In this document: piece after piece, positions 26,171-34,919 of the stretch
Layout of the letters: each line of letters starts with the position of its first letter
How positions within the stretch are numbered: the stretch's first letter is position 1
DNA from: a virus
Taxonomy: Duplodnaviria > Heunggongvirae > Uroviricota > Caudoviricetes
Direction: 5' to 3' (one strand)
DNA: 39,649 nucleotides
Virus record (IMG/VR): IMGVR_UViG_3300009594_000001
The notes under the pieces: generated by a model
Database searches by the model: none
What the model was told of the DNA's origin: nothing
Seen by the model: only the letters and a program-made list of their open reading frames with translations
Position numbers and translations under genes: made by a program

Positions 26171-26931
26171 GAACAATTGGACTGGTAGGAGTGGGATTTG
26201 TTGGTAATGCTGTCCTCGAAGGTATGATACATGCTTTCAAGGTGCAGTGTTATGACAAGTACAAACGGCCTCGAACAATATACGAACCAGTATATTCAGC
26301 CCCTTACTATTGGCACGAAGATTTGGTATCGCTAATTAAAGGGATGGATGGGTCGGTGTTTGTTTGCGTGCCTACGCCGATGAATAAAGACGGCAGTTGT
26401 TCAACGAAGATCGTTGAAGAAGTCGTGCAGAGTCTAGATAATGCTTCTCAAACGGCTCTGGAGGACTTTAAGAATCAAGATCGCATCATAGTAGGAGGGC
26501 CGAGGGAAGCCACGGATGTGATGAAGCTGATGTATGAAATAGCATATCCAAGAGTCCTTGTGACAAAGATTAGTTCCACCATAGCAGAAATAGTAAAGTA
26601 CATTACGAATGTATTTTTAGCTACCAAAGTGTCTTTGTCAAACGAATTCAAACAGATCAGCGATGCTCTCAACATAGATTACGATAAGGTGTTGGAGTAC
26701 GCTACCAAGGATAAGAGATTGGGCACGTCTCATTGGGCTGTTCTTGGTCCTGACGGCAAGAAGGGCTTCAGTGGTTTTTGCTTTCCGAAGGATATCAATG
26801 CCTTTATTTACAAGGCTGAAAAACTATTATTGAATCCCATCGTGATGAAAGCCGTATGGCAGAAAAACCTGGAGGTACGTCCAGAACGTGATTGGGAGTT
26901 GTTAAAAGGACGGGCTATAGTTAATGAGTGA
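26167..26931 (+). CDS. ugd: UDP-glucose/GDP-mannose dehydrogenase family protein with internal in-frame deletion (possible pseudogene)
   Basis: GVGFVG, VCVPTP, AEIVKYITN and GFCFPKD present; the KST and NPEF segment is missing; start reassigned to ATG 26167. Confidence 0.75.
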   Translation: MRTIGLVGVGFVGNAVLEGMIHAFKVQCYDKYKRPRTIYEPVYSAPYYWHEDLVSLIKGMDGSVFVCVPTPMNKDGSCSTKIVEEVVQSLDNASQTALEDFKNQDRIIVGGPREATDVMKLMYEIAYPRVLVTKISSTIAEIVKYITNVFLATKVSLSNEFKQISDALNIDYDKVLEYATKDKRLGTSHWAVLGPDGKKGFSGFCFPKDINAFIYKAEKLLLNPIVMKAVWQKNLEVRPERDWELLKGRAIVNE

Positions 26932-27412
26932 ACTAATAACATTACAGAAAAGCGAGTTGCTTTCTCTATTACGGCAAGCATATGAACAAGGATGGTTGGG
27001 CTATAGGGAATTAGCCGAGTCCGAAGTGGACTACCTGCTGGATGAATACTTGAAGAAAAACCCTGGCAATACTTACCCTGCTGGTGGTGGGAACGGTTCG
27101 ATGCCGCCGCCTATGTCTTCCTACGTTATGGCTACGCCTCCAAGTGTTGCCACTGGAAGAGATAACGACCCCAATTTTCAGATAGAAGTGGGTGACGTAC
27201 CTCAAATGGAGTTGGGCGATGTTCCTGATATGCCAAGCAACATTACGATTTCTGGTTCTGGTTTAGATATGCCTAATGCAAATGGCAACGTCTACCGATT
27301 GAACAGTGATGGTGCTTTTGGAAACTTTGGAGCTTACGGCAACCCCGTCTCGGCGTTTGGAGCTAGGAGTTCATCGACTTCGAGTGCTTCAAGTTCAAGG
27401 TCGAGTTTCTAA
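26924..27412 (+). CDS. Hypothetical protein with low-complexity C-terminus
   Basis: 162 aa, overlaps the ugd stop. Confidence 0.6.
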   Translation: MSELITLQKSELLSLLRQAYEQGWLGYRELAESEVDYLLDEYLKKNPGNTYPAGGGNGSMPPPMSSYVMATPPSVATGRDNDPNFQIEVGDVPQMELGDVPDMPSNITISGSGLDMPNANGNVYRLNSDGAFGNFGAYGNPVSAFGARSSSTSSASSSRSSF

Positions 27413-27483
27413 AGGATACTTCAGACGCCAACGATGTACGAGGCGTCACAAATACTGAATAGAAACTGATATAGGAGAATGAA

Positions 27484-27855
27484 ATGAGCAAGATGAAGTT
27501 GGTAGATGGCAGTGGTGAAGAGGTATTCGTTGCATTGCCGAAGATTGCTAGAGTCAAGCCGACTGGCAGTTTGGTTTTGCTGGAGATTCTAGACCAGCAA
27601 GAGGTCTTGGGCACCAAGATGATCCTACCTGCCAGCAAACGTGGCCCCGAAGCCCCGATGTACGGGGCACCACAGGCTTGGGTCCGTGCAGTTGGCCCGC
27701 AGTTCAAGACCGAGACCTATGGGTACGATGTGGGCGACCGAGTGTTGTTGTCTACTGGAGTGGCCGTTCCATGTCCTCCTCGTGAGGGTGATAGACGAGA
27801 TTGGGTCATCGTAGAGCCGCAGGCAGTTCGAGGCGTCATTGTGGAAGAAAAGTAA
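27484..27855 (+). CDS. GroES/Cpn10-like co-chaperonin
   Basis: [12 protein letters not shown]...KMILP...AWVRAVGP...YDVGDRVL...[11 protein letters not shown] follows the GroES pattern. Confidence 0.65.
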   Translation: MSKMKLVDGSGEEVFVALPKIARVKPTGSLVLLEILDQQEVLGTKMILPASKRGPEAPMYGAPQAWVRAVGPQFKTETYGYDVGDRVLLSTGVAVPCPPREGDRRDWVIVEPQAVRGVIVEEK

Positions 27856-27856
27856 T

Positions 27857-28816
27857 ATGAGTAAGGATTACTATGGGGTTTTGGGGGTTGGCAAGGAAGC
27901 TACCGACGAGGAAATCAAGAAAGCCTATAGGCGGTTGGCGTTTAAGTACCACCCAGATAGGAACCCTGGCGATAAGGAGGCCGAGACCAAGTTCAAGGAG
28001 GTACAAGAAGCTTATGATGTTCTTACGGACTTGGACAAGCGACGGAATTATGATGGCAGCGATAGCTTCCATCCATTCTTCTCCTTTTTCCATTTTGACT
28101 TCACCAATCGAAAGGTTGGCAAAGACCTTCGTTTTGATGTGACGATCACCTTGGAAGAGTCGGTTATTGGCTGTGTGAAGAAAATAAAAATGCCACGGCA
28201 GGAGAAGTGTGTCATTTGTAGTGGCACCGGAGCCAATACACTCCAGCCCTGCGAACGCTGCGGCGGAACCGGCGTTGTAACCTTGCAAGATCGGCCTTTT
28301 GTGCTTCAAACTACCTGTTCTCAATGCAAGGGACGAGGTACACTGCCGTTAGACGTTTGTGAGGTTTGTAAAGGAACCGGCCACAAAGCTGTTGCCGAGG
28401 AAGAAGTAACTGTTTCGATTCCTGCCGGGGTCGAGGATGGCATGGCGATAGTGCTGAGGGGCAAAGGTCAGGATGGCGGCGACTTGTACATAGTTGTGTC
28501 CATAGCTCCTCATGATATTTTTACTAGAATAGGTTTAGACCTTCTGGTAAAATACCCACTGACTTACACTCAACTAGTCTTTGGGGATACAATACAAATT
28601 CCTACGCCTACTGGACTTATTACGGTTAAAGTCCCGGCAAGGACGCAGGTTGGGAAGAAGTTGAGAATCCCAGGGGAGGGTGTTCGGCATGTATTTGGAC
28701 TTAATACCGGGGATTTGATCGTTATTTTTGAGTTAGAGGTTCCGAAGGAGATTAGTCCTGAGTACAAGGCAGTTCTCGAAAAGCTCAGGGAGCTAGAGAA
28801 TAATGTGACTGAGTAG
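27857..28816 (+). CDS. dnaJ: DnaJ/Hsp40 chaperone
   Basis: [17 protein letters not shown], four CxxCxGxG repeats and C-terminal domain; start reassigned to ATG 27857. Confidence 0.95.
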   Translation: MSKDYYGVLGVGKEATDEEIKKAYRRLAFKYHPDRNPGDKEAETKFKEVQEAYDVLTDLDKRRNYDGSDSFHPFFSFFHFDFTNRKVGKDLRFDVTITLEESVIGCVKKIKMPRQEKCVICSGTGANTLQPCERCGGTGVVTLQDRPFVLQTTCSQCKGRGTLPLDVCEVCKGTGHKAVAEEEVTVSIPAGVEDGMAIVLRGKGQDGGDLYIVVSIAPHDIFTRIGLDLLVKYPLTYTQLVFGDTIQIPTPTGLITVKVPARTQVGKKLRIPGEGVRHVFGLNTGDLIVIFELEVPKEISPEYKAVLEKLRELENNVTE

Positions 28817-28872
28817 ACTGTCAGTTTTGTTTAGCACAGGGCTAAATATGGCTGATAGGAGGTCGTCTAAAA

Positions 28873-29226
28873 ATGAACGAGAGCATTATGAACAACAAAT
28901 TGCTATGGATAGTGATTGCGTTGGGCGTAGTTCTGGTTGGCGTGTTTGTTGGTGGTCCGATCTTGATTGACCGAATCAGTCAGAAGGTCATCAACAAGAT
29001 GCAGAAGGAATACTCTCCTGGGCCATATGCTCCTGGGTTTGACCCGGATCGTATTGATCCTAGATTTTTCCAAGGGCAACCAAAAAGCCCGCCGCCCGGT
29101 TGGACTCCCCCAACTTCGCCTTCCACAAGCCCATCTTTTGGCTCGATAGCAACTCCCAAGAGAGGGGATACATTGCCATCGCCTGATGAATGGAATAAGA
29201 TGTGGGAAAAGTATAGGGGCGACTAG
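28873..29226 (+). CDS. Membrane-anchored Pro-rich hypothetical protein
   Basis: N-terminal TM segment; TAAATA (28843-28848) then AGGAGG upstream. Confidence 0.65.
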   Translation: MNESIMNNKLLWIVIALGVVLVGVFVGGPILIDRISQKVINKMQKEYSPGPYAPGFDPDRIDPRFFQGQPKSPPPGWTPPTSPSTSPSFGSIATPKRGDTLPSPDEWNKMWEKYRGD

Positions 29227-29609
29227 TAGCAGTAACAGCTTTGTACTTGCGATGGGAGTAACGATCTATCGTTACTCCGTCGCTGGAAAGTCACGGTCAT
29301 CTTCTTGCCCGGTTGCGGTTCACTCCCACCAATTCTCTTGAACTCATCCCAGCTAAGATATAGCTTCGTTCCATCGTCTAGTGATATGCGAATGGGGTTT
29401 TTATTCCTTTCTACCACTCTGATAACTGACGTTCTCTTTACGGTTGGTATGTCCTTGGGAATGATTAGATCGACCGAAGGGAGCTTCGAGCCTGCTTCGC
29501 TGCGACTAACAGCAGATGATAGAAATGCAGTAGTAGCACGGTCGTTGTGGGTGCCGACAGTATTCATTTCGCACTGCAACATGTACTCTTTGAAATTTAG
29601 TTCTACCAT
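29223..29609 (-). CDS. Hypothetical protein with FKEY capsid-targeting-like N-terminus
   Basis: Start reassigned to ATG 29609 (MVELNFKEYMLQCE); TAAATA 5 nt upstream. Confidence 0.65.
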   Translation of the reverse strand: MVELNFKEYMLQCEMNTVGTHNDRATTAFLSSAVSRSEAGSKLPSVDLIIPKDIPTVKRTSVIRVVERNKNPIRISLDDGTKLYLSWDEFKRIGGSEPQPGKKMTVTFQRRSNDRSLLPSQVQSCYCY

Positions 29610-29635
29610 CACTCTATTTATGGCGAAGGAGCCAA

Positions 29636-30088
29636 ATGTCTGAAGAGCAACTAGAAAAAGACCCGACATGTTTCTTCTACGAAGCCAACATCAAGCTCAA
29701 TCTGAAAAAGCTCAACGAGCGAGTCGGTGGATTTAGCCTGGAGGAAGTTACCCCTCCGGTTGCCGAGTTTGAGGGCCGCAAAGAAGGAGAGATGCTTCGA
29801 GTGGTCGAAGTGAATTTGCTTCAGGGGGCAATGATGCACTATCAGACCGTGGACGATCAGAACGTAGTGACGAATCACGCTCGCCTCATCTACTTGGATT
29901 TTATCAACGATAAGGCATATGACTCAACCGGCTCCGAGATTGTCAGCGATCTAGGTGTAGAAGTCAGGAAGATACTTTCGTCGGCGAAAGGTCGTTATTT
30001 AACGCCTAGTGTTCCTGCTGACAAGATACAAGAGCATTTGTTGAGATCAAAACAGATATTCGATCACGAAGGAGTAAGCAATGTTTGA
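29636..30088 (+). CDS. Hypothetical protein
   Basis: 150 aa, AAGGAG SD. Confidence 0.7.
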   Translation: MSEEQLEKDPTCFFYEANIKLNLKKLNERVGGFSLEEVTPPVAEFEGRKEGEMLRVVEVNLLQGAMMHYQTVDDQNVVTNHARLIYLDFINDKAYDSTGSEIVSDLGVEVRKILSSAKGRYLTPSVPADKIQEHLLRSKQIFDHEGVSNV

Positions 30089-30485
30089 AGCGGGCCAGAT
30101 GAAGATCAGCGTGAATATCAGCGGTGACGACCGAAGATCGAAGGTAATAGACAAGCCGATTACACTAGATTTTGTAATCAATTATATCCACGCCCAGGGC
30201 TACGACCCCTACATTGAGGAGCGGTTAATCAAAGCCGTCAGGAAATATCCGCAACAGGCTCTCACCAAGTTTGTCGGCACGATCCCGTCACGAATCGTCA
30301 AGATACAGTCGGAACGCAAGAACGAGGAGCCTGTTTATCGAGACTTGAACGATGCTGCCGATCCTGAACAAACACCGCAAGAATCGTTTGGGGATTTTGA
30401 GGAGCAATACTCTGATCCAATAGGAGAAAAAAATGACCAAGAATCCTTCAAAGCAGCAATCCAAAGAACAAAAGACGACTTCTAA
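30081..30485 (+). CDS. Hypothetical protein
   Basis: 134 aa, AAGGAG SD. Confidence 0.7.
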   Translation: MFEAGQMKISVNISGDDRRSKVIDKPITLDFVINYIHAQGYDPYIEERLIKAVRKYPQQALTKFVGTIPSRIVKIQSERKNEEPVYRDLNDAADPEQTPQESFGDFEEQYSDPIGEKNDQESFKAAIQRTKDDF

Positions 30486-31026
30486 ACCCAAGCCCAGGGT
30501 AAAGGCGTTTTGTGCATCACTGCCAACCTCCGCAGCTACAGATTACAGGCCGCTATGTAGTTTCAATGTGCCGGTCAAAATCGTGGCCGACGAGGGGTTT
30601 GTGCCACAATACCAAACCGAAGGCTCTGTGTGCGTTGATCTCGCCGCATCGGTGCCTCCAGATCATGCGGGAATCAAACAGATAACATTGCCACATCGGG
30701 CTAGTGCAGTTATTGACTGCGGGTTCTGCATGGAGCTACCAAAAGGCTACCGTGCGAGCATCACCGCCAGGAGCGGTTTGGCTAGTCGTGGTTTGATGGT
30801 ATCTAACTCGCCCGGCATTATCGACAGCGATTACAGAGGTCGGGTGAAAGTTGCGGTCATCAATGTTGGTAAAGAGATCATCGTCATCAAGGACGGTGAT
30901 CGCATAGCTCAAATGGCTATAGAGCCAGTCTACCTCTTTGATTTCGAGTGCGTTCCGGCGTTGGAGCCAACCGAGCGAGGAGAAGGCTGTTTTGGTTCTA
31001 CAGGAGTGGAGAGAAAGAATGCCTGA
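30433..31026 (+). CDS. dut: Trimeric dUTPase
   Basis: Five motifs: DL, ARSGLA, GIIDSDYRG, GDRIAQM, RGEGCFGSTG. Confidence 0.95.
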   Translation: MTKNPSKQQSKEQKTTSKPKPRVKAFCASLPTSAATDYRPLCSFNVPVKIVADEGFVPQYQTEGSVCVDLAASVPPDHAGIKQITLPHRASAVIDCGFCMELPKGYRASITARSGLASRGLMVSNSPGIIDSDYRGRVKVAVINVGKEIIVIKDGDRIAQMAIEPVYLFDFECVPALEPTERGEGCFGSTGVERKNA

Positions 31027-31282
31027 TGAAGTCAAGCAGATGTTCGTCGTCACCGTCGTGGCACGACAAATAGAAGGTGAATACATCTTCGTTAGACAAG
31101 AGAAGGTGTTCCATCACATGTCAAATGCTGAGGCATATGCCAAGACCCTCAAAAAGCAATTCTGTACACCAGACGGAAAGACTGTACCTCAAAACATAAC
31201 CACCCCGCATGGTAACGCCGAATGCTCGTGTGACGTCGGTGTGTTCGAGGTTGTCGTGGGAGATGGTCCCGATGCCGTATAG
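31019..31282 (+). CDS. Hypothetical protein
   Basis: Start reassigned to ATG 31019 (MPDEVKQMF...). Confidence 0.6.
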   Translation: MPDEVKQMFVVTVVARQIEGEYIFVRQEKVFHHMSNAEAYAKTLKKQFCTPDGKTVPQNITTPHGNAECSCDVGVFEVVVGDGPDAV

Positions 31283-31619
31283 CGATCCCGATATGAAGAG
31301 AGAAGCAGATGCAGCGTGGCGTGCGGCTAATTCCAGGAAGATGATGGGTTATAGAGTTAGTTGGAAAAAGAGGAACCTTGATAAAGTCGCTGCACAACGT
31401 AGACGTAAAGGACTAAGAAGCTATGGCTTGACTGTCGAGCAATATGACCGGTTGTTGGAAAATCAAAGTCATTGTTGTGCTATATGCGGAACCACAGACC
31501 CAGGTAGTAGAGTTAATCATTTTCAAGTAGATCACGATCACGTAATTGTTCGTGGACTGCTATGTGTAAACTGCAATCGTGGTTTGGGTCTGTTGGGAGA
31601 CACACTGGAAACATATTGA
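31272..31619 (+). CDS. Endonuclease VII-like HNH protein, probably C-terminally frameshifted
   Basis: YGLTVEQY..LLE.Q...CAIC...VDHDH..VRGLLC..CN.GLG..GD; the expected ...KYL helix continues in a different frame. Confidence 0.75.
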   Translation: MPYSDPDMKREADAAWRAANSRKMMGYRVSWKKRNLDKVAAQRRRKGLRSYGLTVEQYDRLLENQSHCCAICGTTDPGSRVNHFQVDHDHVIVRGLLCVNCNRGLGLLGDTLETY

Positions 31620-31646
31620 TTGTTGAAAAATATCTTAGGAGAGCCA

Positions 31647-32390
31647 ATGAACAGACCCCAACACGTCCATAATCCGCTTGAGGGCGAGAGGCCGCAGATG
31701 GTCTTCGACCTTCAGAAATCAAGTGAAGAGCAAATCTCTATCATCATAGTTCATAAGGATAGGCCGGAATACCTGAATATCTGCCTGCAATCCATAGCAG
31801 TGACTAGTTTTAACAACAATTACGAAATCATCGTGGTTGACAATGCTTCCGGCAAGGATACGCAAGATTTCCTAGACGATATCGAGTCGGAGGTTAAGGT
31901 CATCCGCAATGACAAGAATCTATATTGGTCTGCCGCAGCCAACAAGGGAGCTAAGATGGCGGACAAGCACTCGAAATACTTGGTTTTCTTACATCCCGAC
32001 GTGGTTATCCTGAACCAAGGATGGTTGGACCTGTTGATTAACGTGTCGGAGTCAACGGGGGCTGGGCTGGTCGGCGTAGACATGCAATCCTACTTCATGA
32101 ATCAGCAGAAGCTAGATTTCATCCCAGAGTGGCTTATGATGGTGACGAGAGAATGCTGGGAAGAAGCCGGACCTTTCAACGAGAAGCTGCCTCTTGTCGG
32201 ACACTCCTTCTTGTTCTGCATGGCAGCCAACCAGTACGGTTTCAAACCACAGTGCATGAGGAACCCAATAGCTCATCACTATCGCATCTTTGGTATGGAT
32301 ATCAATGAGTTCGAGCGGATGACGGAACAAGCGATGGTGACTATACCGCAACTTGTGAGGGAACTGCAAACAGTTCAGCCGATGAAATGA
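31647..32390 (+). CDS. Glycosyltransferase family 2
   Basis: ISIIIVH, EIIVVDNAS, N..WSAAANKGAK, LVFLHPDV; start reassigned to ATG 31647. Confidence 0.85.
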   Translation: MNRPQHVHNPLEGERPQMVFDLQKSSEEQISIIIVHKDRPEYLNICLQSIAVTSFNNNYEIIVVDNASGKDTQDFLDDIESEVKVIRNDKNLYWSAAANKGAKMADKHSKYLVFLHPDVVILNQGWLDLLINVSESTGAGLVGVDMQSYFMNQQKLDFIPEWLMMVTRECWEEAGPFNEKLPLVGHSFLFCMAANQYGFKPQCMRNPIAHHYRIFGMDINEFERMTEQAMVTIPQLVRELQTVQPMK

Positions 32391-32851
32391 AAAGCATCCT
32401 GCCTGGAGTAGTTCTGATCCCTCTCTCTAAATACGCCGACGAGCGTGGTTGGTTGATGGAATTATTTCGGAACGACTGGCTCTATGAACATAATTTCCCT
32501 GAGATGGTCTACGTTAGCGAGACCTTCCCTGGAGTAGTTCGTGGGCCACATGAACACTGAGAACAAACCGATTACTTTGCCTTCATCGGTCCAGGTGATT
32601 TCAAGCTGTACCTTTGGGACAATCGGGAAATTTACACCAAGTACAAAAAAGAAGCATTTCTAGTTGGGGCAAACAATCCCTGTGCGGTCCTGGTTCCACC
32701 GGGCGTGGTCCACGCCTACAAGAACATTAGCGACATCCCAGGCTGGGTCTTCAATGCACCCAATCAACTGTACGCTGGACCCGGCAAGCGGTATTCGGTA
32801 GACGAGATCAGACACGAAGATTTAGTGGATATCAAGTTCGACATAGACTAA
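32387..32851 (+). pseudogene. rmlC: dTDP-4-dehydrorhamnose 3,5-epimerase (cupin) with in-frame TGA at codon 58
   Basis: Manual translation: DERGWLMELFR...VVRGPHEH*EQTDYF...LYLWDNR...VPPGVVHAYKN; TGA at 32558-32560; absent from the ORF track. Confidence 0.85.
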
Positions 32852-32854
32852 AAG

Positions 32855-32884
32855 AGAAAGGCCCGCCTCACGGCGGGCCTTTCT
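32855..32884. terminator. Bidirectional intrinsic terminator between convergent genes
   Basis: AGAAAGGCCCGCC-TCAC-GGCGGGCCTTTCT, perfect 13-bp stem. Confidence 0.88.
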
Positions 32885-32885
32885 G

Positions 32886-34133
32886 TTACAGTTCGCCGAC
32901 TTCCACTTTCTCCTCTGTCGGTTCATCATTTTCTAGGCCAATGAGGTCGATGATCCTCTTAGGTTGGGCACCCATGCCTTTTCCGTCGCCTAGTGCCAGT
33001 TTCTCGATGGCCTTCCTGACATTCGTAGCAATCATCCCGTCATCATCCAGTTCATGGTTGTTCATGATCTGACCAGTGCAGAACTTGTCGAGCCGCAGTC
33101 TGGTAATCTCCGACCATAGGACTTTCCTGTGCCACTTATTCCACTTGGCGACGTTCTTCCAGTGGATGCACTTCTCGATCACGTTCTGGGTATAGGCTTC
33201 GATCTTCTTACTCAGAGTCTCTACCTTTTCCTTGAGGAACGGGAAGTATGCCAGTACCTCGTCTTGTTCTTCATTCACGACAACCGGAACGAGGTATTTG
33301 TAGTAAGTCTTGTCGAGCATGTGGTGGTACTTCACGTACTCTGGGTCTTTTACCTTGATTCTGTGCCCGGTATTTTTGTCTCGGAACACGAACCCCTCGA
33401 AGTCCGGCGTTGTCTTCTTTATGTCCTCCATCATTTGGGTGATGTACTCATGGTTGGTGGACGCCGCCCAGCGACGTGGCCTCTTGGCCCCGATCTTGGT
33501 CGCAACCTTGTCCAGTTCCTCCTCCGTGAGTTCGACATAGGATTTTAGGTTCCTTGCTCCCAGCAGATAGAGGCCGTAGTGTTCTGGCTGGTACTTCGTC
33601 CAGACGAAGCTCGCCTCGTGGATGAACTCGAACACGTAGGTCATGTTTGCACGATGCGTCCAGTCGAGGGCCTTGACGAACTCCCCGATCAAGCTGAGGT
33701 ATTTGTATGGCTTACCGTGGAAGCCAGTGATGACCATCTCCATGTCTTTTGCATGGGTACAGATCATCCTCCTGGTGTGCCACAGCAATTCGTTGCCCTG
33801 GAAAAAGACGCCGACCATAGTGCCGTCGAGTTTCTCGATCATCTCGGCATTCTTCAGGTCTACAGGAGCGGCCTCCTTCTCGCCTTGGTTGTAGAACCGG
33901 ACAAACGAGAAGCTCCTAATTCGCTCTAGTGGGTCTTTGGACGCAGCCTTAGTGACAACCATGCCACGGACTAGTTGGTTGAAGTCGTTTCTTGGGCCTG
34001 GGCCGTAGTTGAGGATGAAGTGGTCTCCCTTGTCGCCGCACCAGATGTTGTGGTGCTTCAGCCACTCATTCCCCTCTATGCCGGTCTTGGAGATGATTTT
34101 ACGCAGTCTGTCTAGTTCATGCATAGAAAGCAT
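32886..34133 (-). CDS. RNA ligase, T4 Rnl1-like nucleotidyltransferase
   Basis: Motif I EKLDGT, Ia HTRR, III VFEF, IIIa LYLLGAR, IV EGFVF, V KVKDPEY. Confidence 0.85.
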   Translation of the reverse strand: MLSMHELDRLRKIISKTGIEGNEWLKHHNIWCGDKGDHFILNYGPGPRNDFNQLVRGMVVTKAASKDPLERIRSFSFVRFYNQGEKEAAPVDLKNAEMIEKLDGTMVGVFFQGNELLWHTRRMICTHAKDMEMVITGFHGKPYKYLSLIGEFVKALDWTHRANMTYVFEFIHEASFVWTKYQPEHYGLYLLGARNLKSYVELTEEELDKVATKIGAKRPRRWAASTNHEYITQMMEDIKKTTPDFEGFVFRDKNTGHRIKVKDPEYVKYHHMLDKTYYKYLVPVVVNEEQDEVLAYFPFLKEKVETLSKKIEAYTQNVIEKCIHWKNVAKWNKWHRKVLWSEITRLRLDKFCTGQIMNNHELDDDGMIATNVRKAIEKLALGDGKGMGAQPKRIIDLIGLENDEPTEEKVEVGEL

Positions 34134-34161
34134 GGTGATCCTCCTTCTGTAGAAGGAAGCT

Positions 34162-34170
34162 AGTATAACA
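34162..34170 (-). promoter_or_regulatory. Extended -10 promoter for the RNA ligase
   Basis: TGTTATACT on the minus strand, followed by AAGGAGG SD. Confidence 0.55.
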
Positions 34171-34178
34171 CAAAGCTA

Positions 34179-34616
34179 TTATTCTGGAAGAGCTTTAATG
34201 AACCTGGACCACTCTGGATGGTTATGTATAACATCCTGGTGATTTGCATATTCGTTGGCATAAGCCATACAGAATAGTTCCTCGTTGTTCTGGTCTTGTT
34301 TGTTCTTGGTACGCTTGACTATCTGCGTCCAAGCCTTTCGCATATCTTTATCGACTAGGTACTTCCAGACGGTATGGCCTATCTCATGTAGAAACGTGAA
34401 TTCCCTGCCATAGTTCCAGGGGGCGGCGATGGTGATGGTTTTCTTTTTTTCGTCTATGAACCCGACATTCTCGCCATCGCTTAGGGTTGGGGAGGATATA
34501 AACTTGAATTTGTAGCTCTTGACCAAGGCACGATGTCTCTTGGGCAGTTTCTTCAGCGTTTCTTTAGCATTGTTTTCGTAGGTGTCAGCCCGCTCCAAGA
34601 ATTCTTTGAAATTCAT
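34179..34616 (-). CDS. HExxH zinc-metallopeptidase-like protein with MNFKEFLE N-terminus
   Basis: FLHEIGHTVW and downstream NEELFC; TACATA 4 nt before the ATG. Confidence 0.7.
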   Translation of the reverse strand: MNFKEFLERADTYENNAKETLKKLPKRHRALVKSYKFKFISSPTLSDGENVGFIDEKKKTITIAAPWNYGREFTFLHEIGHTVWKYLVDKDMRKAWTQIVKRTKNKQDQNNEELFCMAYANEYANHQDVIHNHPEWSRFIKALPE

Positions 34617-34686
34617 ATCCTATGTAGAAGGAAAAGGCTAGAAAAAGCTAACCCTTCTGGCTATACTACATAGGCGACTTGTTTGA

Positions 34687-34914
34687 GTCGGCACAAAGAC
34701 CTGTCGGAGAAAGACCTTTAGCTGTGGGGGTATCGGAATAACATAGTTGATGAACTGCGATCAATAATGCTGTCTTTCTACCAAGGGAAGATGGCTACGC
34801 CAATTGATTGGTCGTAGTTTTAGGCTAGTTTCGGCTTGGTTGCTTTGGCAGTTAAGCCCGCTCAGTTCGACGCTGGGAAATGCAGGTCGCTATATAGCGT
34901 GGTTGATGGCCGAC
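34687..34914 (+). ncRNA. Candidate structured ncRNA of unknown family
   Basis: No credible ORF; closing helices GTCGGC/GCCGAC and GACCTG/CAGGTC; at least five internal hairpins including a GTTCGACGC T-loop; promoter upstream and terminator downstream. Confidence 0.55.
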
Positions 34915-34919
34915 AGAAG

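Noticed and set aside
6796-32560. Stop-codon reassignment suggested by internal stops (TAA 6796, TAG 23697, TGA 32558)
   Set aside because: Three different stop codons are involved, and all three end intact genes normally elsewhere in the window, so these are individual lesions
34861-34877. tRNA gene suggested by the GTTCGA T-arm
   Set aside because: No acceptor stem, anticodon arm or CCA context; treated as a T-loop within a larger RNA. No tRNA or rRNA genes were recognised in the window
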